From NCBI GenBank assembly GCA_964534365.1, contig CAZHOI010000001.1:188171-252170 (forward strand): 64,000 bases of DNA. Reading direction: 5' to 3'. The translations under genes were made by a program, and so were the position numbers. The DNA is from an uncultured Candidatus Saccharibacteria bacterium (GTDB taxonomy: Bacteria > Patescibacteriota > Minisyncoccia > Phycocordibacterales > SW-6-46-9). Positions 26,791 to 36,820 of this stretch are shown here, piece by piece (position 1 is the stretch's first letter; the number at the start of each line of letters is the position of its first letter). The notes beneath the pieces are model-generated. The model did not search any database. It worked only from the letters and a program-made list of their open reading frames with translations, and had not been told where the DNA came from.

Positions 26791-27810
26791 TTAATCTTCG
26801 TCATCGCTACGGTGAAAATGCCCCCTAAATTCAGATGTTTCTAATCCCCACTCCTCGGTTAGAAATTTCGCCATCTGAGATGTATATCCATGATTGGTAA
26901 TAACCCGCTTGGCGCCAGTCTCTTTAACTGCTCGCAGAATTCCATCCCAATCAGCATGGTCAGACATCACAAACCCCCGATCAGCTCCTTTGCGGCGGCG
27001 GGTGCCCCTGGCCTGCATCCAACCTGACGCAAATCCCACTGAATAAGGGGCAAATTTTTTTACCCAAGAAGCACCAAAAGATGACGGCACGGCAATGATC
27101 ATCGCGTCTCGATATTCTGATTTGTCCACCTCACGAGAGGCTTTAGGAACATCTGGTAAATCAAATCCGGCAGCGCGTATTCTTTTATTAGACTCATAAA
27201 CAGCACCGTGACAAAACATCTTAACCCCGCGCTGGGCCAAACCGTAAATTAATCGCTGTGCCTTGCCTAACGCATAAGCACCCAATAGCGAACAAATGCC
27301 TTCTTTGACATTTTGTTGATACCAGTTGGCAATTTGATCCATCACATCGTCATTGGGTTGCCAACGATAGACCGGCAGTCCAAAAGTGGTTTCGGTAACA
27401 AATACATCGCAATCAACCGGTTCGAACGGATGGGACAAGCCGTCATCCTGGTATTTCCAGTCACCAGTATCAACCCACACCTGACCTTGATATTCAATTC
27501 TAATTTGCGCCGAACCAGGAACATGACCGGCCGGATGAAATGAAAATGAAACGCCATTAAAACCAAACTCTTGATAATATGGGACTTCGTGAAATTTTTG
27601 AGAGCTATCCTTTCTGGCAACCCGATACTCCAGGATGGGACGCGATTCTGGCGTCATCCAATATTGCTTCATCCCCCACCTGGCGTGATCGGCATGAGCG
27701 TGCGTAATTACCGCGCGATCAACCGGAGATTTAGGATCCAACCATACATCTGCTGGTGGGCAATATAATCCTTGCTTGGTTTGAATGATTAAGTCTGATT
27801 TGATAGCCAT
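26791..27810 (-). CDS. Ligase-associated DNA damage response exonuclease (metallo-beta-lactamase/beta-CASP fold)
   Basis: HxHxDH motif ITHAHADHA; first gene of the four-gene operon. Confidence 0.8.
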   Translation of the reverse strand: MAIKSDLIIQTKQGLYCPPADVWLDPKSPVDRAVITHAHADHARWGMKQYWMTPESRPILEYRVARKDSSQKFHEVPYYQEFGFNGVSFSFHPAGHVPGSAQIRIEYQGQVWVDTGDWKYQDDGLSHPFEPVDCDVFVTETTFGLPVYRWQPNDDVMDQIANWYQQNVKEGICSLLGAYALGKAQRLIYGLAQRGVKMFCHGAVYESNKRIRAAGFDLPDVPKASREVDKSEYRDAMIIAVPSSFGASWVKKFAPYSVGFASGWMQARGTRRRKGADRGFVMSDHADWDGILRAVKETGAKRVITNHGYTSQMAKFLTEEWGLETSEFRGHFHRSDDED

Positions 27811-28733
27811 TCCCTTAACTGATTAATTGATAAAGATTCTACTAGTGTTTGATTACAAACTCTTTCTAACTCCACCAGATCAGAAGCGGTGACATCAACT
27901 CTGCTTGCTTGATCATCGTGTTGCAAATAATACATTATCGCTCCTTCGTCGGACACATGCCCCATTCCTAGCGCGTGACCAAATTCATGAACCAGCAAGG
28001 CCAATAAATCAGATTCTGTTTCGTATTGATAAATTTCAATCCCGTATTGATTGTAAATCCCCTGTTTGAAAGTATCTCCTCGCCTGGCAAATTGCTGGTT
28101 AAAAATGGCGACCTCGTCATTAAATTCCTCGACCTGATTGTTAGTTTCTGACGCTAATCGATTTAACCTCTTGGCCAAAGAATTCAAGTTTTTACGATCT
28201 GATTCTAATTGCGCGAAATCATTGGCTAATTTATCTGATCTGGCCTCTAGATCACTGACCGATCCGCCTTCTCCGGCATTATAATTTTCTACCGCTTGAT
28301 TATAGTTAGATTGGTTCTGTTGGTAGCGATCACGCTTGGCAACATAAGATTTCTGCGCTTGGCGGTAATTTTGCTCTAGCTCTTCAACTGAATCAAACTT
28401 GTTTTCTAGAGTTTCGCGACTAGTATCTAGGTTTGATTCTGACGAAAGGCGCTGGATTGTTTGCTGCTGTCGATCATCAAAAATAAATTCAATCATGAAC
28501 GGTGATTCTGGATCATAATCGATTATGGTTTTACCAATTTCTTTATTCCAGACCTCGGCCGCCTGTTGCGCTACTGATATTGCAGTTTCACGATTTAAGT
28601 TAAATTCATCCGGAATTGATCCAAGGCTATATTCTATTCCAGTTTGGCACCCCGGCACCACGGTTTGATAGATAAAAAAACCACTGAATGCAATTATCAA
28701 CAATAAAACTATATTACTAATAAACTTGAACAC
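27789..28733 (-). CDS. Matrixin-like zinc metalloprotease (metzincin) with N-terminal membrane anchor and coiled-coil segment
   Basis: HEFGHALGMGH fits the HExxHxxGxxH motif; N-terminal TM. Confidence 0.7.
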   Translation of the reverse strand: MFKFISNIVLLLIIAFSGFFIYQTVVPGCQTGIEYSLGSIPDEFNLNRETAISVAQQAAEVWNKEIGKTIIDYDPESPFMIEFIFDDRQQQTIQRLSSESNLDTSRETLENKFDSVEELEQNYRQAQKSYVAKRDRYQQNQSNYNQAVENYNAGEGGSVSDLEARSDKLANDFAQLESDRKNLNSLAKRLNRLASETNNQVEEFNDEVAIFNQQFARRGDTFKQGIYNQYGIEIYQYETESDLLALLVHEFGHALGMGHVSDEGAIMYYLQHDDQASRVDVTASDLVELERVCNQTLVESLSINQLREWLSNQT

Positions 28734-28859
28734 TATCCTTTAGTATAGCCCCTAACCCCAACAACATAAACTACGATTTGTGGTTTATTGTATCTACTAG
28801 CCTTTTTTGTTACATTAATCCTACACTGCGGGCCGCTATAGCGAGCCTCGCGAAAATAT

Positions 28860-28930
28860 CGCGGGATGGAGAAGAGGTATCTCGGGAGGCTCATAACCTC
28901 CAGACGTAGGTTCGATTCCTGCTCCCGCAA
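28860..28930 (+). tRNA. Initiator tRNA-fMet (anticodon CAT)
   Basis: C1xA72 mismatch (CGCGGGA vs TCCCGCA), T8 G9, D-arm GAGA-AGAGGTA-TCTC, anticodon stem GGAGG/CCTCC, loop CTCATAA, T-arm GTAGG-TTCGATT-CCTGC; the overlapping ORF 28733-28930 is spurious. Confidence 0.8.
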
Positions 28931-28943
28931 TGCCGTAAAACAA

Positions 28944-28967
28944 AAGACTGCCTTGGCAGTTTTTTTG
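28944..28967 (+). terminator. Rho-independent terminator after tRNA-fMet
   Basis: AAGACTGC-CTTG-GCAGT followed by seven T. Confidence 0.5.
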
Positions 28968-29024
28968 CCACGGCATCACGTGGCGAATACAATGAGCTTT
29001 ACGTGAACGCGTTATAATTAAGTC

Positions 29025-29282
29025 ATGTTTTATGTATATTTGTTAGAAAATATTGAGGATAAAACTTGGTACACCGGTTTTAGTTCTAATTTAAAACAAA
29101 GAATTAAGGATCATTATAGTGGTAAGGGTGGACGGCATACTAGACTAAAACCAAATTGGAAGTTGATTTATTATGAAGCTTATCTAGATAGAACAGACGC
29201 GTTAGGCAGGGAAAAATTTCTAAAAAGTGGGTCGGGTAAAAGTTTCTTGAAAAAGCAATTGAGAAATTATTTAAATTCTTAA
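29025..29282 (+). CDS. Stand-alone GIY-YIG nuclease domain protein
   Basis: MFYVYLLEN...WYTGFSSNLKQRIKDH is a GIY-YIG core. Confidence 0.7.
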   Translation: MFYVYLLENIEDKTWYTGFSSNLKQRIKDHYSGKGGRHTRLKPNWKLIYYEAYLDRTDALGREKFLKSGSGKSFLKKQLRNYLNS

Positions 29283-29398
29283 ATACAAAGCAACTAATAA
29301 AGTGAGTAATCGGCGGCAAATTTTGCCCTAATTGCAACTTAGTAGACTTTAATCAATTGTAGTTACACATTTTGTACAACATGTCTTATGATTAAGAC

Positions 29399-30064
29399 AT
29401 GAAAGCACTAATTTTTAACGCAACTTTAAAAAATTCAACTAGCGACCAACCATCTAACACCGGCGCCTTAATTGATAAGGTAGTAGCTGAATATAAGGAT
29501 CTCCATGTGACCACCGAAGTAATTCGTCTGGCCGACTATCACCTAGCACTAGGTACCAGCACCGAAACCGGTGACCCAAATGATCAGTGGCCCGAGCTAA
29601 TCCAAAAAATAAAACAGGCTGACATTTTCTTGATAGCCACCCCCGTTTGGATGGGGCATGTGTCTTCGCTTGTACAGCAAACAATCGAGCGCCTTGACGC
29701 AATCTTTCACGAGGATGAACATACCGATCCAAAAACCGGTCAATACTGGACTTATAATAAAATCGGGGGTGCGGTCGCTACCGGCAACGAAGATGGTGCC
29801 AAGCAGAGCTGTTTCTTTATAATTTCAAGATTGATTAATTTAGGCTTTACCGTGCCACCAAATGGGTACACGTATTGGGTGGGACCAGCTGGACCAGGCC
29901 CTAGCTATATCAAAGCCGGCGGACAAAATCATTTATACACCAATAAAACCTATCGCCAAATGGTACACAATTCGCATAAACTTGCTACGGCACTAAAACA
30001 AAATCCAATTGACACTAACCTGAATGAAATTTATAAACAAGCTAAATCTGATAGCGATCAATAA
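29399..30064 (+). CDS. Flavodoxin-like NAD(P)H-dependent oxidoreductase (FMN reductase-like)
   Basis: Flavodoxin-fold N-terminus MKALIFNATLKNS and overall composition; tentative. Confidence 0.6.
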   Translation: MKALIFNATLKNSTSDQPSNTGALIDKVVAEYKDLHVTTEVIRLADYHLALGTSTETGDPNDQWPELIQKIKQADIFLIATPVWMGHVSSLVQQTIERLDAIFHEDEHTDPKTGQYWTYNKIGGAVATGNEDGAKQSCFFIISRLINLGFTVPPNGYTYWVGPAGPGPSYIKAGGQNHLYTNKTYRQMVHNSHKLATALKQNPIDTNLNEIYKQAKSDSDQ

Positions 30065-30147
30065 TTATCAGGTATAGGATTTATGCAACCCTACCTGCAT
30101 CGCCTACTATTCATTATATTTTTTTGTAAATCCAGTTGCTAGCCAAT

Positions 30148-30627
30148 TTAATAATGGACACAATAAATATTTGGAATAGAAGAGTTAAATAATGGCAAAT
30201 GATTAAATTCTTTAAGCTCACTCTTGAAGGTTATTACGAACTCGCCATTTTGGCATTCTGTATTTGACGGTAGCGACCCTCCGGCGATTGATGGGTTAGG
30301 AGAATACGAATAGCAATAATCATCTGTTCCCAGCGGATCATCGGGCAAGCGTGAAATATACGAATCCAGGGTGTTTTGAAGAGTTATCCAATTTGAATCA
30401 TTATTACATGATGTGGCGTAGGCATTATCTAATTCGTCCTCCAGCGGGAGTGATCCATTGTCTAAACGATACTTGTAAACTGCCTTGACCAATTCATCAG
30501 CTTCGAGATGGCGCACGGTGTCACGGGCCTCGCTTTTTGATCGCGCCATGTTTCCAATTACAATAGATAAAATGATCCCAATTACGGCTACTACAATCAA
30601 AATTTCGATTAAACTAAAACCTTTCAT
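30148..30627 (-). CDS. Type IV pilin/pseudopilin (prepilin-type N-terminal cleavage/methylation domain)
   Basis: MKGFSLIEILIVVAVIGIILSIV class III signal. Confidence 0.75.
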   Translation of the reverse strand: MKGFSLIEILIVVAVIGIILSIVIGNMARSKSEARDTVRHLEADELVKAVYKYRLDNGSLPLEDELDNAYATSCNNDSNWITLQNTLDSYISRLPDDPLGTDDYCYSYSPNPSIAGGSLPSNTECQNGEFVITFKSELKEFNHLPLFNSSIPNIYCVHY

Positions 30628-30680
30628 CTAACTAAAATTGTATCATTAACCGACCTCCCCGCTCTGCCAGATTACTCATA

Positions 30681-31349
30681 TTAATTCATCATTCTTTCCA
30701 GGTGACTTTCATAGAAATATTCGAAGCCTAGGACCATTAATCCCAATACAAGGGCGAATCCAAACAATAAGCCGAAAACTATGCCAAATAATCGTTTAGG
30801 AGTAGTTTTGAATTGATCACCATCTTTTACGGTGCCATAGTTTGAAGTGGTGGCATTACTATAATTAACAAATTCTGTTCGTATTACATTATCATTCTTG
30901 ATATCTAAAATTATCTGTAACAAATCCTCGGCTACTGACCTCTTGAACGGACCCACATTAATTAATTTTTGTTTTGCATCTTTTAAGACAATAACGTTGA
31001 CGCTCGCCCGATTAAAAATAGATTGATTAAAGTCTTCGTCTAATTCCACTGAAACAATATTGTGCTGATCTAATACCAAACCGCGATCATCAAATACATG
31101 CAACTTTCCTAACGGCAGCACCACTCTACCTGCTTTGATTTTAAATGACTCTACTCGAACACCTTCTCCAGTTATAGCTTTAATAATTACTACAGCGGCA
31201 AATAATCCGAATATTATGAATGATAGTCCGATATTTGAGTCTAAAGCTAGATTATTGGTTAGTTCATACCATAAGAAAGCAGAGCTAATTACCAGCGATA
31301 TTAAAAACCATATTTTAGAAGATCTCTTGGTCTTTTTAATCTCACTCAT
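30681..31349 (-). CDS. Hypothetical membrane protein
   Basis: Two TM segments; start set at MSEIKK, just downstream of the rmuC stop. Confidence 0.5.
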   Translation of the reverse strand: MSEIKKTKRSSKIWFLISLVISSAFLWYELTNNLALDSNIGLSFIIFGLFAAVVIIKAITGEGVRVESFKIKAGRVVLPLGKLHVFDDRGLVLDQHNIVSVELDEDFNQSIFNRASVNVIVLKDAKQKLINVGPFKRSVAEDLLQIILDIKNDNVIRTEFVNYSNATTSNYGTVKDGDQFKTTPKRLFGIVFGLLFGFALVLGLMVLGFEYFYESHLERMMN

Positions 31350-31353
31350 ATAA

Positions 31354-32448
31354 TTAATCTTTGATTGGTTTTTCAACCTCCATACTATCAATATCAGCCG
31401 ATTCGCCGGTGATTTTAAGCACGTTGCGGTCAATGTGAACTAATTTTTTGCGTGAGGCATTATAATGATTTACCGCTGTACCCAAAGTATTGCCTAATTT
31501 TAGGTGATATTCATCATAGCGAGACAAATTTTCCTTGAGCTTCATGACGTTTTTTTGGATTTTTTCGGTTTGACGTTCAATCTTGAACGCATTAAAACCA
31601 TGCAAAACAGTTTGCAAATAGGCATACAGCGTCATTGGCGATACAATAATCACCTTTTTTTGATTTGCATATTCGATCAAAGACTTGGAATTAACCCCAG
31701 TTCCGGTTTCGTTAATCAGCAAATCATAATATATTCCCTCGGCTGGAATATACATTAGCGCAAAACCAAGGGTCCCTTCCCCGGTGCGAATATATTTGGC
31801 AGTTTCATCAATTCGTTTTTTTAAATCATTTTTAAAATCACGCTCAAGCACGGTAACATCTTCGTTATTTTTCTGAGCGGTGAGTAAGCGGCGATAATTG
31901 TCCAGCGAGAATTTAGCATCAATACAAATAATCCCGTCCTTGGCTTTAATGACAGCGTCCACCGCTTCACCACTATCAAAGCCATATTGAAGTTCATATA
32001 ACTCTCCAGGAACCCCTAACATATTTTCCAAAATCAATGCCAGCCCAGCCTCCCCCAGTGATCCGCGTTGTTTTTGGTTGGTCAGAGTGCGTTCTAATGA
32101 TTGCAAGGTTTCAGTAAATTTTATCACTTGATCAGTCGAGGCTTTGTTTTCAGCCTGCCCTCGCGACACCTGTTGTAAATCCTTGGAAATTCGATCCAAT
32201 AATTCCTGAGAGTTCTGCAGCTGTCCCGCCACTGAACGCTGCATTGCTTTGGAATTATCTTGTACCAAATTTGTATTCTCTTCCATTCGTTTGGATAACG
32301 TTTGGTTTAGGTCTTGCAGCTGATTTTGCATCAACAGCAACTCAGCTGATCGGTTTTTATCATCAGGATTTCGTAATTTAACCAGCAAATAAACTACATA
32401 ACCCAATACCGCAAATAACAATAGTAATAACCCATATAATACCTCCAT
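31354..32448 (-). CDS. rmuC: DNA recombination protein RmuC
   Basis: N-terminal TM, long coiled coil, C-terminal FALMYIPAEGIYYDLL...VIIVSPMTLYAYLQTV RmuC-like region. Confidence 0.75.
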   Translation of the reverse strand: MEVLYGLLLLLFAVLGYVVYLLVKLRNPDDKNRSAELLLMQNQLQDLNQTLSKRMEENTNLVQDNSKAMQRSVAGQLQNSQELLDRISKDLQQVSRGQAENKASTDQVIKFTETLQSLERTLTNQKQRGSLGEAGLALILENMLGVPGELYELQYGFDSGEAVDAVIKAKDGIICIDAKFSLDNYRRLLTAQKNNEDVTVLERDFKNDLKKRIDETAKYIRTGEGTLGFALMYIPAEGIYYDLLINETGTGVNSKSLIEYANQKKVIIVSPMTLYAYLQTVLHGFNAFKIERQTEKIQKNVMKLKENLSRYDEYHLKLGNTLGTAVNHYNASRKKLVHIDRNVLKITGESADIDSMEVEKPIKD

Positions 32449-32450
32449 AG

Positions 32451-35198
32451 CTAGATTGTATCAGTTTTGATTAGGGTAAGAGATTTAGCGGGTGCTACCG
32501 CAGGTGAGCGCCGACGAGCGATCAGTTTGGCCAGCTCGACCAGACCCAAATCAATGCAGGCAATGGCAGCAATCGCCAACCACAAACTAATTGGTAGTGC
32601 AGAAAGTGATAGAAAATCTCTAAGTCCAGGAATTAACATCGAGGCAAGAAATGCTCCAAAGCTTAGCATCACTGCGATGTTTAGTACTTTGTTAGACAGA
32701 ATATTGATTTTCCAGATCGGTCGGTTAAAATCTTTCAGCGCAAATGAAAACACCATTACGTCAATTGTTAATACGGCAAATATCAAGGTTCGCAACTGCT
32801 CGAACGGAATGTTTAATATTCCGAATTGACCCAGCAAGTAAACGCACAGACTAACGGTCCCAAACGCAAAGCTGGATAAAAATAACAATGTTTTAGTTTG
32901 TTGATTCAGAATCCCACGCGAGCCAATTTGATTTGGTGATCGCTTCATAACCCCTTGATCAGCTGGTTCAAATGCATAGGCAAAAGTTAGCAAGCCACCT
33001 TGAATAATATTTATCCACAGAATCTGTTTGGGCAGAATTGGCACTTCAACTGCCAACGCCAATGCAGACATAACAATTAAAATTTCGCCAAATCCAGCTG
33101 AAATACGATGCACCGCCACTCGTCGAATATTATCTAATAATCGTCTACCTTCTTTGATAGCCGCCACGATGGTGGCAAAACTATTTTTTAACAAAATGAG
33201 ATCCGCTGCTGATTTGGCGACATCGGTACCTGAATGAACCGCAATTCCCACGTCAGCCGAAGCCAATGCCGGTGCATCATTAATTCCGTCCCCGGTCATT
33301 GCTACCACATGACCATTCGATTGCAGTACCCCGGCCAGACGTTGTTTTTGAGTCGGGCGCATTCGGGCATAAACTGATACTTGCTGAAAGGTTTTGTAAA
33401 TTTCTTCATCTGATAAGTCCGCCAAATCTTTGCCTTCTACCACTTGATCATCCGTTAATACTTTGGCTTGTTTGGCAATTGCCAGTGCCGTGTTGGCATT
33501 GTCTCCCGTTGCCACCACTACTCTTGCCCCAGCCTCTTGAGCTTGTCTAATTGCCTGCGGCACATCCCCCCTAACCGGATCGGTGTAACCAATTAACCCA
33601 ACAAATTCCAGCTCACTGCCCAGTTCTTGCAAAATATTTATATCGCTTAGTTTTTTGAAATTATCAGCGTGAATTGGAATTCGGGCAACACCGGTCAAGC
33701 GATGACCTCTGCTTGAGAGTTCCTTTTGAATCGAATATAGACGAGCGCGATCAGCCTGGGACATTTTTGTTGGCGTCGCATCCCCGTCATAATAAAAATG
33801 CGCTGATGACACCATGTATTCCGGAGCGCCCGACAAAATCGCATAATGCCCATGATCCCCTTGTACCAATACGGCCGCATAACGGCGCTCGGAAGCAAAC
33901 GGTAAAAAATCTTCTTCGACATCATCATTATTAAGCGCCGAGCGGTCTAGTCCTAGACGCAACCCGGCCTTGACCAAAGCTTTTTCGACAGGTCTACCAT
34001 TAGGTATAGGCTCTCCATCATCTGCAGTAGTAACGTAGCCATCTGAACATAATAGTGCCGAACGCAGCAGTACTTCTTGATGATGATCTAAATTATTTAC
34101 TTCGTCAGTCTGGGGTGCCTTATCAGCAAACGCAGGGATCAGCGACACTAGTGTCATCTCGCCTTGGGTCAAGGTACCTGTTTTATCCGTAATAATAACG
34201 TCAGTTGCGCCCAGCGTTTCGGCTGCAAGCAAGCTTTTAACCAGACCGTCTTGGTTTAATACATGACGCATCCCCACTGCTAAAATAGCGGTAATAGCGC
34301 TTGGCAATCCCTCAGGCACTGCCGACACCGCAATAGCGATCGAGATTAATAATACCTCTGATAAAGGTAAATCTCGCAGTAGTCCAATCACTAAAATCAG
34401 TGCCGATAGCACGATCACAATACCCGACACAATATAAGCCAGGCGTTGCAATTGCTTTTGCAATGGAGTTAATTCAGGCTCGACGTTGCTGGCTTCAGCC
34501 AATTGCCCGAATTCGGTGCTTGATCCGGTGGCTGAAACGATGCCAACCACTGACCCTGATGCCAATAATGTCCCGGCATAAAGCATCGAGGTGCGTTCAG
34601 CCAGGGCAGCGCCGTATTTGACAGGTTGATTGTTTTTTATAATCGGTTCCCATTCCCCAGTTAATACTGCCTCATCAGCCTCGGCATCATCACTTTTAAT
34701 GATTCTGATATCAGCTGGAATGGCTTCACCACTCGAGATATAAACTAGATCACCTGGCACCAAATCTGTGGCAGCAATTAACTGATCGACCCCAGCACGC
34801 TTGACCCGCGAATGTTTAGCCTGTTTTTTTTGGAGGCTGACGAAAATATCTTTTGCTTTGCCTTCTTGATAAAGGGCGATGCCAATATTAATCACAATAG
34901 CCAATGCAACCACAGTTGCGTCCACATATTCACCCAGATAAATTGTTAAAAAGAAAGCAAATACTAAAATTAATACCAATGGGTTAACTAGCTGCTGCCA
35001 AATCCTTTGCAACAGATTTTTGCCTTTTCTGGCTGCTAGGGCATTAGGTCCAAATTGCTGCTGACGGCTTGCGACCTCGGCCGTATCAAGACCGTGTTTA
35101 ACATCAGTGCTCAGCGCTGGGGCCAGCGCAGATAATGGCAAAGAGTGAATTTTACCTCGGTTGTTGTTTATTCTTTCTGGCAGATTACCAGCCATCAA
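32451..35198 (-). CDS. Cation-transporting P-type ATPase (P2-type, Ca2+/Mg2+-ATPase-like)
   Basis: Motifs TGE, DKTGTLTQ and TGDGINDAPAL; ~10 TM segments; 915 aa. Confidence 0.9.
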   Translation of the reverse strand: MMAGNLPERINNNRGKIHSLPLSALAPALSTDVKHGLDTAEVASRQQQFGPNALAARKGKNLLQRIWQQLVNPLVLILVFAFFLTIYLGEYVDATVVALAIVINIGIALYQEGKAKDIFVSLQKKQAKHSRVKRAGVDQLIAATDLVPGDLVYISSGEAIPADIRIIKSDDAEADEAVLTGEWEPIIKNNQPVKYGAALAERTSMLYAGTLLASGSVVGIVSATGSSTEFGQLAEASNVEPELTPLQKQLQRLAYIVSGIVIVLSALILVIGLLRDLPLSEVLLISIAIAVSAVPEGLPSAITAILAVGMRHVLNQDGLVKSLLAAETLGATDVIITDKTGTLTQGEMTLVSLIPAFADKAPQTDEVNNLDHHQEVLLRSALLCSDGYVTTADDGEPIPNGRPVEKALVKAGLRLGLDRSALNNDDVEEDFLPFASERRYAAVLVQGDHGHYAILSGAPEYMVSSAHFYYDGDATPTKMSQADRARLYSIQKELSSRGHRLTGVARIPIHADNFKKLSDINILQELGSELEFVGLIGYTDPVRGDVPQAIRQAQEAGARVVVATGDNANTALAIAKQAKVLTDDQVVEGKDLADLSDEEIYKTFQQVSVYARMRPTQKQRLAGVLQSNGHVVAMTGDGINDAPALASADVGIAVHSGTDVAKSAADLILLKNSFATIVAAIKEGRRLLDNIRRVAVHRISAGFGEILIVMSALALAVEVPILPKQILWINIIQGGLLTFAYAFEPADQGVMKRSPNQIGSRGILNQQTKTLLFLSSFAFGTVSLCVYLLGQFGILNIPFEQLRTLIFAVLTIDVMVFSFALKDFNRPIWKINILSNKVLNIAVMLSFGAFLASMLIPGLRDFLSLSALPISLWLAIAAIACIDLGLVELAKLIARRRSPAVAPAKSLTLIKTDTI

Positions 35199-36106
35199 GT
35201 CGTCGGTTTAAAATTATTATTTTCACTAGATTGCGTATCTGTTTTGCCAGGGGTGTCTTCGCCAATAACAGGGCTGTCATCGCCATTAATTTGAGCAATA
35301 GTATTTTCCAATTTTTGCTTGTTTTTCTCTAGTTCACGGTTTTCTTGACGTAATCGCAAACTTTGCCAGTTACGCATCTGTGAAAAACCAAATACCGAAA
35401 ATACTAATGCTGATACCAAGGTAATGGTGATCAAATTGACAATAAATGAAATCAGAGAGCCGGTAAAAACATCAGCCGATAGCAAAACCGCCCCCACCCC
35501 AATATTTGCCAATGGTGGCACCAACGATACGGCGATTGCCACCCCAGGCAGCAAAGCCGACTGTGATTGCTTTACCCAGGCATAGGATGCGATTAACGCT
35601 GATAACCCAGCTACAAAAAACGACGTAATATTTGGTGATGACACTAAAACTACCGTCTGATTTATTGATTCTCCGTTTAATAGATATTGAAACATGAAAA
35701 CCACTACTGTACTGGTCAGAACTACCGCCGCGAATGAAACCCCAATAGCTTTGATTGCCCTCAGGGTTGCTTGTTTCGAGGCGGTTACCACAGCCAGTCC
35801 CAATGACAAAATGGGAAATAATGCTGGAGCAACTAACATGGCAGCGATAACAATAGCCAAATTATCATTAATCAGTCCCAGTGCCGCAATTAATCCAGAA
35901 ATAATTAGATAAAAATAATAATCACCATCGGTACGACTTTCTTTAACCAGCGTGTCTACCGCTTGACGTTGTTCGACTAAATTGGCAAAGAATAATATAT
36001 CGTCATCTTTAACCGAAGGATTACTAACCCGCGGATCATTTAATCCTGAGTCAGCAATCGAGCCTGTTTGGACACTAGTTTTGTTCATATTGTTAAAGTA
36101 TACCAA
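35195..36106 (-). CDS. Polytopic membrane protein (DUF389-like, tentative)
   Basis: 303 aa with multiple TM helices; 4-bp overlap with the ATPase gene. Confidence 0.55.
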   Translation of the reverse strand: MVYFNNMNKTSVQTGSIADSGLNDPRVSNPSVKDDDILFFANLVEQRQAVDTLVKESRTDGDYYFYLIISGLIAALGLINDNLAIVIAAMLVAPALFPILSLGLAVVTASKQATLRAIKAIGVSFAAVVLTSTVVVFMFQYLLNGESINQTVVLVSSPNITSFFVAGLSALIASYAWVKQSQSALLPGVAIAVSLVPPLANIGVGAVLLSADVFTGSLISFIVNLITITLVSALVFSVFGFSQMRNWQSLRLRQENRELEKNKQKLENTIAQINGDDSPVIGEDTPGKTDTQSSENNNFKPTT

Positions 36107-36152
36107 GCTATTGGCGGTCTACATTAGGCTATAAACAGCTGTATACGCTATA

Positions 36153-36629
36153 ATGACTTTACTATTTATGAACAACCTACAAGATCGCATTACCAGTGAC
36201 CTTAAAATCGCTATGAAAAATCGTGACGCCCTGCGACTAGAGACATTGCGTTCGATTAAAACTGCCTTTACCAATGAATTAGTTCAAAAAGCCCGCACCC
36301 CCCAAGATAATTTGTCAGATGAGGAGGCTACTGCCGTAATCAAAAGATTGCATAAACAACGCCAGGATGCCGGCCAGCAATTCAGTCAAGCGGGTAGAGA
36401 TGATTTGGCGACCAAAGAAAAACAAGAAGCTGAAATACTGGCCGAGTATCTGCCAAAACAATTAGACGATCAGGCACTGACAGACTTGGTTGATCAGGTA
36501 ATTACCGATTTAGGTGATGATTTTGATCAATCCAAAATTGGCATAGTTATTGGACAAGTTATGAAGCGATCTAGTGGTCGCGCTGATGGCAAGCGGGTAC
36601 AAAAAATGGTCGCTAGCAAATTACGCTAA
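36153..36629 (+). CDS. GatB/YqeY domain protein
   Basis: ITSDLKIAMKNRDALRLETLRSIKTAF is a YqeY signature. Confidence 0.8.
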   Translation: MTLLFMNNLQDRITSDLKIAMKNRDALRLETLRSIKTAFTNELVQKARTPQDNLSDEEATAVIKRLHKQRQDAGQQFSQAGRDDLATKEKQEAEILAEYLPKQLDDQALTDLVDQVITDLGDDFDQSKIGIVIGQVMKRSSGRADGKRVQKMVASKLR

Positions 36630-36639
36630 ATTTAATTAT

Positions 36640-36813
36640 TTAGCAGTCTTCTGATCTAGAATCACAAAATAATATCTCGCCGTCAGAACTGGACTGACTA
36701 TCTATTGGCTCTTGATTTTGCTGCAGGGTTAACATCAGCAATACTAATGATCCGCCCAATATCATTATTGTGGCTCCCAAAAATTTGATAGCGGTTGAAT
36801 TTAGTAATTTCAT
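36640..36813 (-). CDS. Possible 57-aa small membrane protein, not in the ORF track
   Basis: MKLLNSTAIKFLGATIMILGGSLVLLMLTL... is hydrophobic; short, uncertain. Confidence 0.25.
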   Translation of the reverse strand: MKLLNSTAIKFLGATIMILGGSLVLLMLTLQQNQEPIDSQSSSDGEILFCDSRSEDC

Positions 36814-36820
36814 TTATTAA

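Noticed and set aside
28733-28930. ORF-track minus-strand CDS (65 aa)
   Set aside because: It overlaps the well-folded initiator tRNA-fMet at 28860-28930 on the opposite strand and is spurious.
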